A DNA stretch of 64,000 nucleotides from Chiloscyllium plagiosum (lineage: Eukaryota). Below are positions 1-13,710 of the stretch, piece by piece. The DNA is taken from assembly GCF_004010195.1 (NCBI RefSeq), contig NC_057719.1, forward strand, positions 54,683,971 through 54,747,970, given 5' to 3'. The position numbers were made by a program, and so were the translations under genes. Position 1 is the first letter of the stretch, and every line of letters starts with the position of its first letter. A model generated the notes under the pieces. That model saw nothing but the letters and a program-made list of their open reading frames with translations, did no database searches and was not told the DNA's origin.

Positions 1-103
1 AAAGAGAACATACATGGCATGGGTGACACTTCAGTGTAAATACATTTTCACATTTGTAAATATATTGACATTTTAAATCATCATCTGTCTGATCATTTTA
101 CAT

Positions 104-430
104 GTGGCACAGTGGCTCAGTCGTTAGCGCTGCTACCTCAGAGCACCAGGGACCCAGGTTCGATTCTAGCTTTAGGCGACTGTCTGTGTGGAGTTTGCAC
201 ATTCTCCCTGTGTCTGCGTGGGTTTCATCCAGTTGCTCCAGTTTCCTGCCACAGTCCAGAGATGTGCAGATGAGGTGAATTATCGATGCTAAATTGCTCA
301 TAATGTTCAGGGGTGTTTAGGTCAGGTGCATTAGTTAGGGGAATGGGTATTGGTGGGTTACTCTTTGGAGGGTCAGAGTGGACTTGTTGGGCCAAATGGC
401 CTGTTTCCACACTATAGGCAGTCTATGAGC
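104..430 (+). mobile_element. HE1-type (V-SINE) tRNA-derived SINE
   Basis: A box (gtggctcagtcgtt), B box (ggttcgattc), V-domain tgtgtggagtttgcacattctccctgtgtctgcgtgggttt, LINE-like tail ggcctgtttccacact. Confidence 0.9.
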
Positions 431-436
431 TACAAG

Positions 437-510
437 AATAGAGTCATAGAGATGTACAGCATGGAAACAGACCCTTCGGTCCAACCAGTCCATGCTGACC
501 AGATATCCCA
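437..510 (-). mobile_element. CR1/HER1-type LINE 3' tail fragment
   Basis: agagtcatagagatgtacagcatggaaacagacccttcggtccaacc matches the minus-strand LINE termini at 8962, 10938 and 42352. Confidence 0.75.
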
Positions 511-558
511 ATACTAGTCTGAAAACGCCTGATCTTGTCTGATCTCGGAATGAAGCTA
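511..558 (+). pseudogene. 5S rRNA 5' fragment (about nt 11-54)
   Basis: atactagtctgaaaacgcctgatcttgtctgatctcggaa(tg)aagcta resembles vertebrate 5S ATACCACCCTGAACGCGCCCGATCTCGTCTGATCTCGGAAGCTA; internal control region incomplete. Confidence 0.75.
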
Positions 559-648
559 CAAAATCTGTCTTTCCTTCATACCATTCAACATTGGAACCCT
601 GTCTGAAGAAGTGCTATCCTTTCTCTAATGCCCACCACTACATTACAT

Positions 649-3612
649 AAAACATAGAAAAGTACAGCACAGAACAGGCCCTTCGGCCCACAATGTTGTG
701 CCGAGGATTAATCCAAATGGAAAATAAAATAACCTAACTTACACACCTCTCAATTCACTGCTATCCATGTGCATGTCCAGCAGTCGCTTAAATGTCCCTA
801 ATGACTCTCCTTCCACCACCACCGCTGGCAATGCATTCCATGTGTTCACAACTCTCTGTGTAAAGAACCTACCTCTGATGTCTCCTCTAAACCTTCATCC
901 TAATATCTTAAAACTATGACCCCTCATGCCAGTCAGTCCTGCCCTGGGGAAAAGTCTTTAACTAATGACTTCATCCATGCCTCTCATTACCTTGTACACC
1001 TCAATCAGGTCTCCTCTCTTCCTCCTTCTCCCTAGAGAGAAAAGTCCAATCTTAGTCAACCTCTCTTCATGAGACAAACCCTCCAGTCCAGGTAGCATCA
1101 TGGTAAACCATCTTTACACCCTCTCCAAAGTCTCTCTATCTTTCCTACAGTAGGGTGACCAGAACTGGACACAATATTCTAAGTGTGGTCTAAACAGGGA
1201 CTTGTAGAGCTGTAGCAAAACCTTGCAGCTCTTAAACTCGATCCCCCTGTTAATGAAAGCCAAAACACCATATGCTTTCTTAACAACCCTATCCACTTGG
1301 GTGGCAACTTTGAGGGATCTATGTACTTGAACACCAAGATCCCTCTGTTCCTCCACACTGCCAAGAATCCTGTCTTTAATCCTATATTCAGCATTCAAAT
1401 TCAACCATCAAAAATGCATCACTTCGCATTTATCAAGGTTGAACTCCATCTGACATTTCTCAGCCCAGCTCTGCATCCTGTCTATGTGACGCTGCAGCCT
1501 ACAATAGTCCTCAATACTATAAACACCTCCAACCTTTGTGTCATCTGCAAATATACTAACCCACCCCTCAACCTCCTCATCCAAGTCATTTGTAAAAACT
1601 GCAAAGAGCAGAGGCCCAAGAACAGAGCCCTGTGGGACCCCACTCAACACTGACCTCTAGGCAGAATATTTGCCATCCACAACCACTGTCTGCCTTCTGA
1701 ATCCAGATAGCCAAATCTCCCTGTATCCCATACCTCCTGACGTTATGAAAGAGCCTACCATGGGGAACCTTATCAAATGCCTTGCTGAAGTCTATATGCA
1801 CCACATCCACTGCTTGACCTTCATCGACCTGTCTTGTCACCTCCTCAAAGAACTCAATAAGATTAGTTAGGCATGACCTGTCCCTCCCAAAGCCTTGCTG
1901 ACTGTCTTTAATCATGTTATGCTTTTCCAAATAGTCATAAATCCTCTGCCTCAGAATTATTTCCAAAACCTTGCTGACCACAGACATAAGACTGACTGGT
2001 CTGTAATTGCCAGAGATTTCCCTATTACCTTTCTTGAAAAGAGGAACAATAGTCGCCTCATTTCAATCCTCAGGTATGCTCCCGTGGAGAGTAAGGAAGC
2101 AAAGATCTTCGCCAATGGCTTAGCAACCTCCTTTCTCACTTCCCGGAGCAGCCTAGGATAAATCTGGTCTGGCCCTGGGGACTTATCAATTTTAATGCTT
2201 GCCAAAATTTCCAGCACATCAATTTCATCAATCTTGATCTGGTCAAGCCTGTATCTCCCAGCTGCTCAAAGTTCTCATTCACAACAAGATCGCTCTCCTT
2301 AGTGAAAACCAAAGCAAAAAGCTCATTTAGGGCTTCCCCTATCTGCTCAGAATCCACGCACAAGTTCCCTATGCTATCCCTGATTGGCCCTACCTTCTCC
2401 CTGATCATTCTCTTATTCCTCATGTATGAGTAAAATGCCTTTGGATTCTCCCTAATCCTTCATGCCAAGCCTTTCTCGTGCCCCTCCAGGCTCTCCTCAG
2501 TCCACTTCTTAGCTCTTTTCTAGCAAGCCTGTAATCCTCTAAAACTGTGCTAGATCCTTGTTTACTCCACCTTACGTAAGCTGCCTTGTTCCTTTTGACG
2601 AGAAGCTCCTCTGTTTTCGTCATTCAAGGTTCCTTAATTTTACCTCTTCTTACCTGTCTCAGAGGAACAAATTTGTGTATCACTCGCAACAACTGCTCCT
2701 TAAACAGTTTCCACATGTCTGCTGTGCCTTTCCTGTGGAACAATTGCTTCCAGTCTGTATTTCCCAACTCCTCTCTGATAGCATCATAGATTCCAATTAA
2801 ATATCTTCCCTTGGTAAATGCTCCATTCCCTCTCCAAGGCTATGGTAAATGTGAGGCAGTTGTGGTCATTGTCACCAAAGTGTTCTCCCACCGCGAGAAC
2901 TGACACCTGTCCTGACTCATTGCCGATCACCAAATCCAAAATGGCCTCTCCCCTCGTCTGCCTGTCTATATACTGAATAAGGAAATACTCCTGAACACAC
3001 CTGACAAAAACGGCTCCATCCAAACCATCTGCACTAAGGAGGTTCCAGTCAATATTGGGAAAGTTGAAGTCACCCATAACAACAACCCTGCTACATCTAC
3101 ATTTTTCCAAAATTTGCCAGCCTATGAGTTCTTTGATCTCCCTACTGCTATTAGGGGGTCTGTAGAAAACCCCCAATGAAGTGGCTGCTCGCTTGCTGTT
3201 CCTAACTTCTGCCCATACTGACTCAGTATACAAACCTTCCTCAACAACCTTCATTTCTGTAGCTGTGATGCATTCTCTGATTAGCAATGCTACACCCCCT
3301 CCTCCTTTTCCATCCTCCCTGTTCTTTTTAAATGTTCTAAACCCTGGAACATCTAGCAACAATTCCTGCCCCCTGTGAAACCCATGTCTCCATTATGGTC
3401 ACGACATCATGGTCCAAAGTACTGATCCATGATCTAAGTTCCTCACTCTTATTTCTGACACTCTTTGCGTTTAAATAGACATACTTTAACTGATCCCTTT
3501 GCTTCACCATCTGAAAAACTTTCCCGATAGATTCACTACATCCTGCCACTGCCCCATATACAACTACCCCCCTATCAGATATGTAGCTCTGGTTCCTACC
3601 CCCCTGCCAAAA
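649..3612 (-). mobile_element. CR1-clade LINE, 5'-truncated; ORF2 (APE + RT) broken by frameshifts
   Basis: APE motifs (LGVFYRPPNS, MGDFNFPNIDW, ILDLV, 2784-3362); RT motifs ([41 protein letters not shown]); 3' tail near 650; possible TSD attacat at 642-648 and 3613-3619. Confidence 0.95.
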
Positions 3613-4599
3613 ATTACATGTTGAAATGTTGAATGTGGCAGCAACACAGTGTTGTTAACTTTCACTCTTAGTAAACAACAGAGAAAACCTAGAAAGAAAA
3701 ACAAAAATAACTGCATTTTTTGGACCAGATGAGGCTGCTCATCTTTGGATTAACAACAAAGTTACAATCTATGAATGATAACTTCACCCATCTCACATCG
3801 ATTAGAATTAAGTGTTTATTAAGTCCAATCTGACTTATTGTGCCCATGCTACACTATTTTAATATGATAAAGGAGATATTTCTCACACTCAGTGTATTCA
3901 TACCTTAATGTGGAGACTGTTTGATAGCTACTGGAGGATGCTTCTAGTCTTAGGCATACGGACAGTAAACAGTCTCAGCAATGATAACATCATCTGTGGC
4001 AGGATCCATTGGGTATGATACAAATGATCCTGCTTGAGAAATATCAGAAACAAAACAGTCCGTTCATAATGTGACTCATCACAGTTGCAGCAGACACTAT
4101 GAGACTTTACCACAGCCTCAATACGGTAGGAAATGGAATCCTCCAACAAGGAAGACCATGGGATGCTTCTATATGGACCTCTGACTTAATACACCTTAAA
4201 AAGCCATATCACACCAATGCAGGAGCAGGTTATAAATGTTTCTGGATTGCTGAAACCTGTTCCCTCCGGTCCTAATGTCACACAAAAGAAAAGCAGCATT
4301 TCAATAACACCTTGTAGTTCAAAGTGCAAGGAAAGCATCTTGTGTAGCCTATGAGATCTATGGAATGTATTTTTTCCCATCACAGGTGAGATTTTCAAAA
4401 TCATTTGTAATCACTTCTATTTCAAAGAGGATTTTAGGATCTGCTTGTGATGATCAATGCTTTGGTCAGGATTGCTTGTGCCCAGGGTTTATAATCTACA
4501 GGGTTGGTCAATGTATGAGATGCATGTGCAGACGTTTGTGATCACAGATGTCTCTAATGTTGAATCTGAGTGCCTGATTCTCCATGAAAGGCCTCACCT

Positions 4600-5350
4600 T
4601 GCACAGAAATGGGCACTATAGAAAAAGAACAAAATCAATTTACTCCATCCATGTGGACAGCCATTTCTCATTCTTGTTGTGGAGTTAACATTCAGTAGAA
4701 GATAAAATTCTTTCCAGTTCATGCTCAGTAGAGTGAACTGCCAGCTCTGTTTGTTTTTCTGAATTCCCCTCACGCCCCCTACCATGTTCCTTTCTGTGCT
4801 GCAGTCCCTATCAACACCATCGGCTTCAAACCACTCCATTTCCCATTCTACTTAACTAGCCATTGGTCCAATTTACTCCCGAGTCGCAGTCCTATCATAT
4901 AGCAATGACCAACATTGTGATGCACTGTCTCCCAACAAAGCCAGGGTAGTGGTAATTGTTGATAGTAGCCCCCTCACACATTATGCCATGTTCTCCCATA
5001 CTCTACTGGCTGCCTCAGTTATATCTAGATTTGCCCAACTTCACACTTGACCTCTCCAGTCTCTCCAACACAGCACTGCCTCCTGATAATCTCCAACAAT
5101 GAGCAAATCCCAGGCCTGACCATGACTCACCCTCTAAAACAATTTGGGAGGACAGCCCTGATTGAGGATTGCACAGACCCTTACTGATTACAACGCAGCT
5201 CCCCAAACAACTTATCACTAATCCTCACCATATCTGGAATTGACTTCTGGCCCAGTCCCTGGATTCTGAGGACACTGATTCCTGGAACTTGATTGCATTA
5301 AGCATCTGACTTTTGGTAGCTCACCGACTGGATTGAGATCAGACGATGCT
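4600..5350 (+). mobile_element. Possible highly decayed Gypsy integrase remnant
   Basis: Scattered motifs at integrase-like spacing in different frames: IHVD and FLILV (~4650), PYSTG (~5000), TLDL (~5045). Confidence 0.3.
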
Positions 5351-7139
5351 CTTGACTGACTATAGTGGCAATCCTGGAATGCCTTGGCCCTCTTGAATGG
5401 AAAAGGAATACTCCCTTTAAAGGCAGTTGGCTGAGACACAAGCAGTATGTTTGCTCCCTACATGGCTCGGACTTGGTATCAGCATGTCATTGATGTAGCA
5501 TAGTACCTTAAAGAAATATGTCCAAGTCCCTTGACAGTTCATTGCTGGCAAGCATGACAAGTTGCCTGGCTTTCTGTATGTGCTAAAAGGCAAAGCAAGA
5601 CAGAAGTACTATGAGCCTGTAAGCTCTGAATGATGTTGTTATGTTCTAAAAGGAAAGGCAATGCAGAGGTGTTGTATATGAGTAAATACTATATAGTTGA
5701 GCACCAGCAAAGTAAACGAAGAGTGCTGGAATGCATCCTGTGCAGATTTAAGACTCGGTTTACATCCTTTCTCACAAAGGAGAAGCGCTGAAGTACATGA
5801 ACTGTGTTAAAATTCAATCCAAAATGTGCCATGATGATACAATGAGACCGCAGCTTTGATGGTGCCAAACCTCTTGGATAGAGGGTGCAGGCTGTTGCTG
5901 CCCTGAGATGTTGTGGAATGCTGGTAAAAATGGATGCTTTGGAAAGATGTTGGCAAGCTGCAACCACCAGGCACTCACTTTGTCATTCAAGTCAGGAACT
6001 TGTGCCAACTAATTTCTCCTCAATACCTGAGAGAATTGCAGCCTGCTTATAAATTAGGTGAGATTAGGTCGTAATTATGTGTTAATAGGCCCCTTGCCGT
6101 ACACTAATGAGATTGTCATCGCGTTGTTGAAAACTGACATTTCTTTCAATACCAACAATCTCATTTTTCTCACGCTTCCTGTCTCCCATCTTGCTTGCTG
6201 TTGTCTGGATTGTTCAGACACTGGAAAAATTCAATTCATCTTCTCTGTGGATACCTCCTCTGTGAATATATTCTCAAATAGTAAAACATTTTAATATCGG
6301 GAATAGTGGAGCATAGCATAGTCTGTTTCCGTGCTGTACATCTCTATGACTCTATAACCTGCATGTAGACATCTTTAACATAGGAAGTTGGTTGTGCTGC
6401 AGCTACCACATGGCTTTGACTGACCAGGTAATTCTCCCAGTATTTCTACCTTCCAAAGACTTTATGGAAGGGTTTACAGTCTAATTATTGGTCTGTTCTG
6501 TCAGGTCCAGCACTCCTTGTCCAGTTGGGAATAAAAGCCAAAGTTTCTGGTCCAGAATTAAGGAACGCTTTGACTATGTTACAAAGATTTCCCTTTGTTG
6601 CAGGGTAGTGCTGAGATGGAGATTGCTGCATCTTTCAAGAACATGCTAAATAAGTATTAGATGCAGAGGAATTTATGGGACCCCAGGCCAAATAGAGCCA
6701 TAGCATTAATTTCAGGGTGCTTTCCAAAAGAATCAGAAAATATGTGTGGGTTTTGGGAAGAATATCAATAATTCTTGAGAAATTCCCAGTCTATTTTAAA
6801 GCTTCATTGAGTTACAGCCAAGACACTGCAGCCAAAAATGTGTAGCTTAGTGCAGCCTACTGCTTCTAGCTGCTGTTACATTAGGCAGACCACTCAAATT
6901 ACAGAAGGAGGACTGAGTTCATTCTCAGACAGGGGAATATAGTGCAGCTCAAATTGTTAAAATAGTTTGGAATATATTTGGCGTGGACCAGTTTGTCTCT
7001 TGCCAAGCTGTCTGCCTCCGGGACTCTATTGCCTCCTGAACTCTTAATGGATGGACTAGCAACAGAAATCTGCGCATGCCACATCCTGTGATGTCATCAA
7101 ATGACATTCAGGTCAAAGATATGTTGGCGTCTCCTTGTT

Positions 7140-7285
7140 CAGAACCATTCTTCGGAAGAGTCACTGGACCCGAAACATGAACTCTGATTTTTCTTCACAG
7201 ATGCTGCCAGACCTGCTGAGTTTTTCCAGCAATTTCTGTTTTTGTTTCTGATTTCCAACATCAGCAGTTCTTTGCTTTTCTTTAT
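7140..7285 (+). mobile_element. Penelope-type 3' terminal fragment with degenerate hammerhead core
   Basis: ttcggaagagtcactggacccgaaac followed by gatgctgccagacctgctgagtttttccagc; related copies at 46265 (-) and 47527 (+). Confidence 0.65.
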
Positions 7286-7989
7286 TTCGACCTTGTATGT
7301 ATCATTCTTACTTTGTAAACAGATGATACTGGACTTATTTAAACAGTGGAATCACCAAGCATCTGAAAGGAAATCACCACTTTTTTTTTAAAGAAGGGAA
7401 TGTGGAAATTCTGACCAACCACCATTAATATTACTTGGCAAGTCAAATGGCAACAAGCATGGCAGTAACAGATTGACATATGGTACATTTGGCAGCATTA
7501 TATTCAGGTAATTGTCTGTTGAGATTAAAATGTTGTCATTTGGAGATCTTTATTTCCTGAGGGCAATGAGGATTGGTAGTTCACATGCAGACTTTGGAAA
7601 AAAGTAGTAACTGAGCATGGCTCCTGCTGTGTGAGGCATTTAACGTATCCATCTATGAGCAGTACTCTATTAGCGCAACTCCAACCTGTGCCAAAACTTA
7701 TTGGTACTTAAATCTGGAATTTGTGATTAAAAATTAAAATCAACTATTATTCTTTCCATTCCATTCATCACTTATAATCTGCAGAGTTACACATGTTCGT
7801 GTTTTAGCCAGTAATTAGTATTGGGTGATTAAGCTAATGTGTCACATGCTAACTAAGGAATGATAATCATCCATTAAAATCATCCAATTAAAAACTCAGT
7901 CTTTTTTTTCTTTAAAGAGTTCAAACTATTGCCCTTTCTAGCATCATTGAAGTTGACTTCATACATAGTTTCCCCTGGGTTCAGTCAAA

Positions 7990-8415
7990 TCCTGGCATTT
8001 GAATCTTTGGGTTCAAGCCTCAATCCAAGATATAAGAACAAAAATAAAGTTAGTTTGATCAGTGTATTGTTGAAGTGAAAGGCAATTTTAGAGATGCTGT
8101 TTTTCTGATGAGGTGTTAAATCAATGCCCTATCTGCCTGTTTGGATAGATGTAAAAGAACCAAGATTTCAAAGAAGATTGGGGGAGTTATTCTCAGTATC
8201 CTGACCAATATTTATCCTTCAGTCACGTGACATGAATCAGATTATCTAGCAATTACGACATTGCCAAACTGTGGGAGTTTGATAAATATAAATTTGATGA
8301 TAAGTTTTCTGCTTCACAATAGTAAACACTGTTCAAAATTACGTAATAAATTGCAGTAGACTGATATTTCTATTGGCTATGAAAAGTGCCATACAAATGA
8401 GAGTCTTTCCTTTTC
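7990..8415 (+). mobile_element. DeuSINE (SacSINE1/AmnSINE-like), degenerate
   Basis: Deu-domain-like tttctgatgaggtgttaaatc...gatgtaaaaga...tcctgaccaatatttatcc...cagattatct and L2-type tail gccatacaaatgagagtctttc. Confidence 0.75.
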
Positions 8416-8961
8416 GTGATTCCATAAAATTTAAAGTTTATTTATTTGCATCTATACTCCCTTCTTCTACTTTCACAATTCAACCAATATCTTATTCACA
8501 TTTACCTTTCCGTTCTAATAACTGTCTAATATACAAGTTCCGAATGGTCTCACATTGGAATTTTAATGCCTACGTTTATGGAGTAACCAGCAATAAAATA
8601 ATTGGATTGGGGTATTTTGGTCCAATTCTAGAGATGAAGTAATGACTCCAAATACAAATAATTCTGATATTCAGAATTAATTTGAAGTAAGCAAGGACAT
8701 AAATCCAACCGTTTGGATGATAATTTTGATTTCATTGCACAGAAGCAAAGTGTTTTTAGTTTGTTCATAAAAGTAATAGTGCATGTAAAGGAAAAGCTTT
8801 TGTTCAGTGAGGAATGCATGCCGCTGTAAAACAAAACTCATACTTCTGAAGGTATAGGGAAAATCATTCTTTCTATGGATAGAACCAATTATTTTCAGAT
8901 AGGTATTATTCTTAAACCTAAACTTTGCTTACAGATAATAAATTACCATACTTTGTTATTA

Positions 8962-9240
8962 CAGAGTCATTGTCACAGAATGTACAGCATAGAAATAGAC
9001 CTTTCAGTCCAACCCGTCCATGCCGACCAGATATCCCAACCCAATCTAGTCCCACCTGCCAGCACCTCGCATTTATCTGAATTTAACTCCATCTGCCACT
9101 TCTCAGCCCATTGACCCATCTGGTCAAGATCCTCTTGTTATCTGAGGTAACCCTCCTCGCTGTCCATTACACCTCCAATTTTGGTGTCATCTGCAAACTT
9201 ACTAACTGTACCTCTTAGGCTCGCATCCAAATTATTTAAA
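8962..9240 (-). mobile_element. CR1/HER1 LINE 3' fragment with internal deletion
   Basis: 3' tail joined directly to the RT segment tgtcatctgcaaactt (FADDTK on minus). Confidence 0.8.
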
Positions 9241-9351
9241 TAACATAAACTAGATTGAAATTCACTGATAATTTTTTCTGTTCATTCATAATTATTTGTG
9301 TCAAATAGGCCATCCAGTTTATTAGTTCACTGGATGTAACAAATCTTAGAT

Positions 9352-9680
9352 CATTTTTAAATTCATTCACGGGATGAGGTCATCATTGGCTATGCCAGCA
9401 TCCATTGCCATCCCAGAGGACAGTTAAGAGTCCACCACGTTGCTGTGGGTCTGGAGTCACAGGTAGATCAGACCAGGTAAGGATGCCAGTTTCCGTCCTT
9501 AATGGACATCAGTGAACTAGATGGGTTTTTCCAACAATTGACAATGGATTCATGGTCATTATTAGACTCTTAATTCCAGATTTTTATTGAGCTCAAATTT
9601 CACCACCTACCATGGCAGGATTCGAACCCAGGTCCCCAGAACCTTACTTAGGTCTCTGGATTAACAATAATACCACTAGA
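9352..9680 (-). mobile_element. tRNA-derived SINE (same family as 54624-54948)
   Basis: Reverse complement of the plus-strand copy at 54624; B-box-like gggttcgaatcc on minus; atgaatgaatt tail. Confidence 0.8.
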
Positions 9681-9734
9681 CATTCAAATGGGTAAAATAA
9701 TGAAAATACTTCATTTTGCGTATTTGATTCAATT

Positions 9735-10422
9735 TAACCTGAATCCACATCCATCAAAGTTTCACCTGCACATCCACCAATGTCAGTTATCGTATCCATT
9801 GCTCCCAATGCAGTCTCCTTTACATTGGGGAGACTGGTCACCTTCTCACAGAGCACTTTAGGGAACATCTCCGGGACAGCCACACCAATCAACCCCACCG
9901 CCCCGTGGCCCAACATTTCAACTCCCCCTACCACTCCACTGAGGACTTGCAGGTCCTGGGCCTCCTCCACCGCCACTTCCTCACCACCTGATGCCTGGAG
10001 GAAGAACGCCTCGTCTGTTGCCTCAGAACACTTCAACCCCAGGGCATCAATGTAGACTTCACCAGTTTCCTCATTTCCCCTCCCCCCACTTTACCCCAGT
10101 TCCAACCTTCCAGATCAGCACTATCCTCATGACCTGATCTATCTGCCAATCTCCCCTCCCACCTATCTGCTCCACCCTCCTCTCTGACCTATTACCTTCA
10201 TCCCCACCTCCATTCATCTGTTGTACTTTTGGCTACCTTCTCCCCAGCCCCACTGCCCTCCCATTTATCTCTCTATCATGGAAGCTCATTTCCAGCATTC
10301 CTGATGAAGGTCTTTTGCCCGAAATGTTGATTTTCCTGCTTCTCGGATGCTGCCTGACCTGCTGTGCTTTTTCAGTACTATTCTAATCTAGACTCCAGCA
10401 TCTGCAGTCCTCACTTTTGCCT
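9735..10422 (+). mobile_element. Penelope-like element 3' fragment (GIY-YIG C-terminus + 3' UTR with hammerhead core)
   Basis: FTCTSTNV..RIHC..C.LLYIGET-like coding at 9760-9835; ctgatgaaggtcttttgcccgaaa at 10301-10324. Confidence 0.85.
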
Positions 10423-10937
10423 GAATCTATTCAAGTCAATTGAATTCTATCTCACATTTAAAAAAAGCATTAAATCAATACCTCCTGAAAATAGAAAGCA
10501 AAAATCAAAGAAAAACAGAACCTGCCATCATTTAACTTGTAACCATGTCAATTCATAACTGTCTGATCATTCTATCCCAGTTAATGTATCATCTGCTTTT
10601 TCCACATGTAATAATTGCCTCCTCTTTGCATTTTTATGTTAATAACTGATCTCAAGATTATCAGCATTAAATTGTTTGCTTTCTTACAATCAAACCTTAC
10701 ACAAGCCACATTTCTTTATTCGTGCTCATAACAGGTAAGTATATATTGGGCTAACATCAGGCCAATGCTGCTCAATAATATTGATGCATTTATACAAGAT
10801 TTTATCTTAATAAACTAAATAGGTACAAATGCAGATTTCATGGTCAAGTCAATTGTATATAGTCAATAGGTAGATCTCATTTGGGTCTTCAAGTCATTTA
10901 GTTAGTATTTGTGTTCTGATTCTTTCTCCTGTTTGCA

Positions 10938-11545
10938 GAGTCAGAGAGTTATAGAATCATATAGCATGGAAACAGACCTTTTGGTCCAATCAGTCCATGC
11001 CGAACATAATCCCAAACCAAACTAGTCCCACCTGCCTGCTCCTGGCCCATATCACTCCAAACCTTTCTTATTCATGTATCGATCCAAATGTCTTTTAAAC
11101 ATTGTAATTGTACCCAAATCTGCAATTTCCTCAGGAAATTCATTCCCCACATGAACTACCCTCTCAGTAAAAAAATTGCCTCTTACGTCTTTTCTAAACC
11201 TCTCTCCTCTCACCTTAAAAATGCTGCCCCTACTCTTGAAATACTCTTAGGGAAAAGACAACATCAACTCTGGGACACATCTCAAACTCCTATGCTTCAG
11301 TGAAAGACGTCCCAGCCTATCCAACCTTTCTTTATAATTCAAACCTTCCATACCCAGCAACATCCTGGTAAATCTCTTCTGAACCCTCTCCACCTTGACA
11401 ATATCCTTCCTACAATTGGGCGACCAGAACTGGACACAGTATTCCAGAAGACGTCTCACCATTATCCTGTATAACCTCAACATAATGTCCCAACTCCTAT
11501 ACTCAAAGGTCTGAGCAATGAATGCAAGCGTGCCAAACATCTCGA
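10938..11545 (-). mobile_element. CR1/HER1 LINE 3' fragment
   Basis: [10 protein letters not shown]...VERVQKRFTRML (ORF 11247-11555) plus 3' tail. Confidence 0.9.
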
Positions 11546-12055
11546 TATATGACACAATCTTTCATGGCGTTTTCCTCCTAATCTGCCATCATTACGACAA
11601 AAGAACGATAGGTGACCTGGAAAAAAATTGCTGTACTATACGGCTTTCCTACCAAACACCTGATAATCAAATTGAAGGGCACTGAATGAAGTAGTCACGG
11701 CAAAGACATATTATCCTTTGATTTTGTGAAAGGAAAGCTTTCAACCAATTATTGAACAATGTGACTATAATATGTTTATCCATTCAAATTCCGACTGAGT
11801 TTATTCAAAACAAAATTTATTCAATAAATTGAGGTTGAATCATGTTAATTTCAATTTTCACAATCATCATGAACTGAAGTTTGCAAATAATCAGGTAAAC
11901 ATAGTAGACGGAAGCAAGTTCTAGTTATTTGCTACAATTCATGCTGTAATTATTAAATTATTCATTCACAGTTATTGATATTATGTATCAGTATATATGT
12001 AAGGTGATCTATAGCTTACTGGACTATTACAGGAATATTTGGTGTGAAGTTATGA

Positions 12056-12378
12056 TTAGATTAGATTAGATTCCATACAGTGTGGAAACAGGCCCTTCGG
12101 CCCAACCAATCCACATCGACCCTCTGAAGAGTAACCCACCCAGACCCACTCCTCTCTGACTAATGCACCTAACACTATGGGCAATTTAGCATGTCCAATT
12201 CACCTGACCTGCTCATCTTTGGACTGTGGGAGGAAACTGGAGCAGCCGGAGGAAACCCACACAGACACAGGGAGGAATGTGCAAACTGCACACAGTCGGT
12301 CGCCCGAGGCTGGAATTGAACCTGGGACCCTGGTGCTGTGAGGCAGCAGTGCTAACCACTGAGACACCATGCTGCCCT
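12056..12378 (-). mobile_element. HE1-type SINE with (TCTAA)n tail
   Basis: Reverse complement of the HE1 head and V-domain; ttagattagattaga tail. Confidence 0.9.
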
Positions 12379-12399
12379 AATTGTCTGTACAATTACAGT

Positions 12400-13264
12400 C
12401 CGTCCACCTATAACTTACAATATTTTGCTTTTGTTTATGATTTTACAGCCTGAAAGTCAAAAATGGAACTGTATGATGTTCACCTATTTGTTAAACAATG
12501 TCCTGAAACTTTCGGAGAATCTGGATGTGCTACTTTTGTGAGATGAGTTGGCAGCAGATGCCTTTCGGTTGAAAAGTTGCCGAGCACCAGCCTGTGGATT
12601 TTTAAGTTGGAGGTTGTCACAGATTGGAGAAGGGACAATCAAACTCAGACCTCCAGAAAGCTTGCAAGCAAAAATAGGCACCTCTCTTTCTCACACTCTT
12701 TGAGTGAAGATAAGTACTTAAAGATTCTGAAATAAAGATAATCCTCTAAATCCAGCAAAAACCAAGATCGACTGACCACCTGTAGAACTGAATACCCTTT
12801 GTTATTCCATGATCACTAATAAAGTGATATTATTTCCAAAAATCAAAATCACTGCGAGAAAGTCAATTCATTTCATCTTTTGATTTAGATGCTTGATCCA
12901 CAGAATTTGTTTCTTTTTGTCTTTCTTTGTGCTGCATTATGTCTTCTCTGTCCTTTTATTAATTTGTGTGTGCGTGTCTGTGTGTTTTGTGTGTGTCTGT
13001 GTATAGCTGGGTTTAAAGTGGATATAGTTTAATTTTGCTTTATACGAATTCATAATCCATTTTGCCACTTGTTAAATGATAAGATTGTTTATAAAATATT
13101 GTTAATTCTTTGTCAAGAAACCTGGTGTGTTTCTTTTGTCCTAGACAGCAGTCAGTCAGGTAACTTAACCATCTTGGTGTTTCAATTGTTTATTTATACT
13201 TTTCACAGATCATGAAGTTGTGAGGCTTGATTGCTAGTGTATAACTTATATTAAGTTCATAACA
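12400..13264 (+). mobile_element. Possible decayed solo LTR
   Basis: Ends in ...cataaca like the other LTRs here and has a T-rich U5-like composition; 5' end and TSD not found. Confidence 0.3.
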
Positions 13265-13447
13265 AGTTTGATTGAATCAGAATTTTATTCCCATTTTTAG
13301 ATTACCAGGATTGAACCATAACCACAAGGAACGCAAAAGAAGCTAAGGTTTTTAATCACCTATAACTTCTCATAGAGTCGCATTGCTCTCTATGAATTCA
13401 CCATTATTATTTGAATCATCATTAGTCTGTGCTGACAAGTGTTTTAA

Positions 13448-13710
13448 AACACTTTGCTGCCTCACCACGCCAGAGACCCAGGTTCAATTCCTACATTGGG
13501 TAACTGTCTGTGTGGAGTTTGCACATTTTCCCCGTGTCTGCGTGGGTTTCCTCCCACAGTCCAAAGATGTGCAGGTTTGGTGCATTGGCCATGTAAATTG
13601 CCTGTAGTGTTAAATGTAGGGGAATGGATCTAGGTGAGTTGCTCTTCGGAGGGTCGTGTGGACTTGTTGGGCCGAAGGGCCTGTTTCCACACTGTAGGGA
13701 ATCTAATCTA
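13448..13710 (+). mobile_element. HE1-type SINE
   Basis: B box ggttcaattc, V-domain, tail gggaatctaatcta. Confidence 0.9.

Noticed and set aside
104..175. tRNA genes at SINE heads
   Set aside because: A/B boxes run into SINE bodies; no complete cloverleaf
5689..6150. Possible second Myb/SANT Harbinger remnant
   Set aside because: No convincing W-x-QC-x-K motif recovered
8105..8125. ctgatgag inside the DeuSINE as a hammerhead core
   Set aside because: No stem II-GAAA follows; it is a variant of the Deu domain
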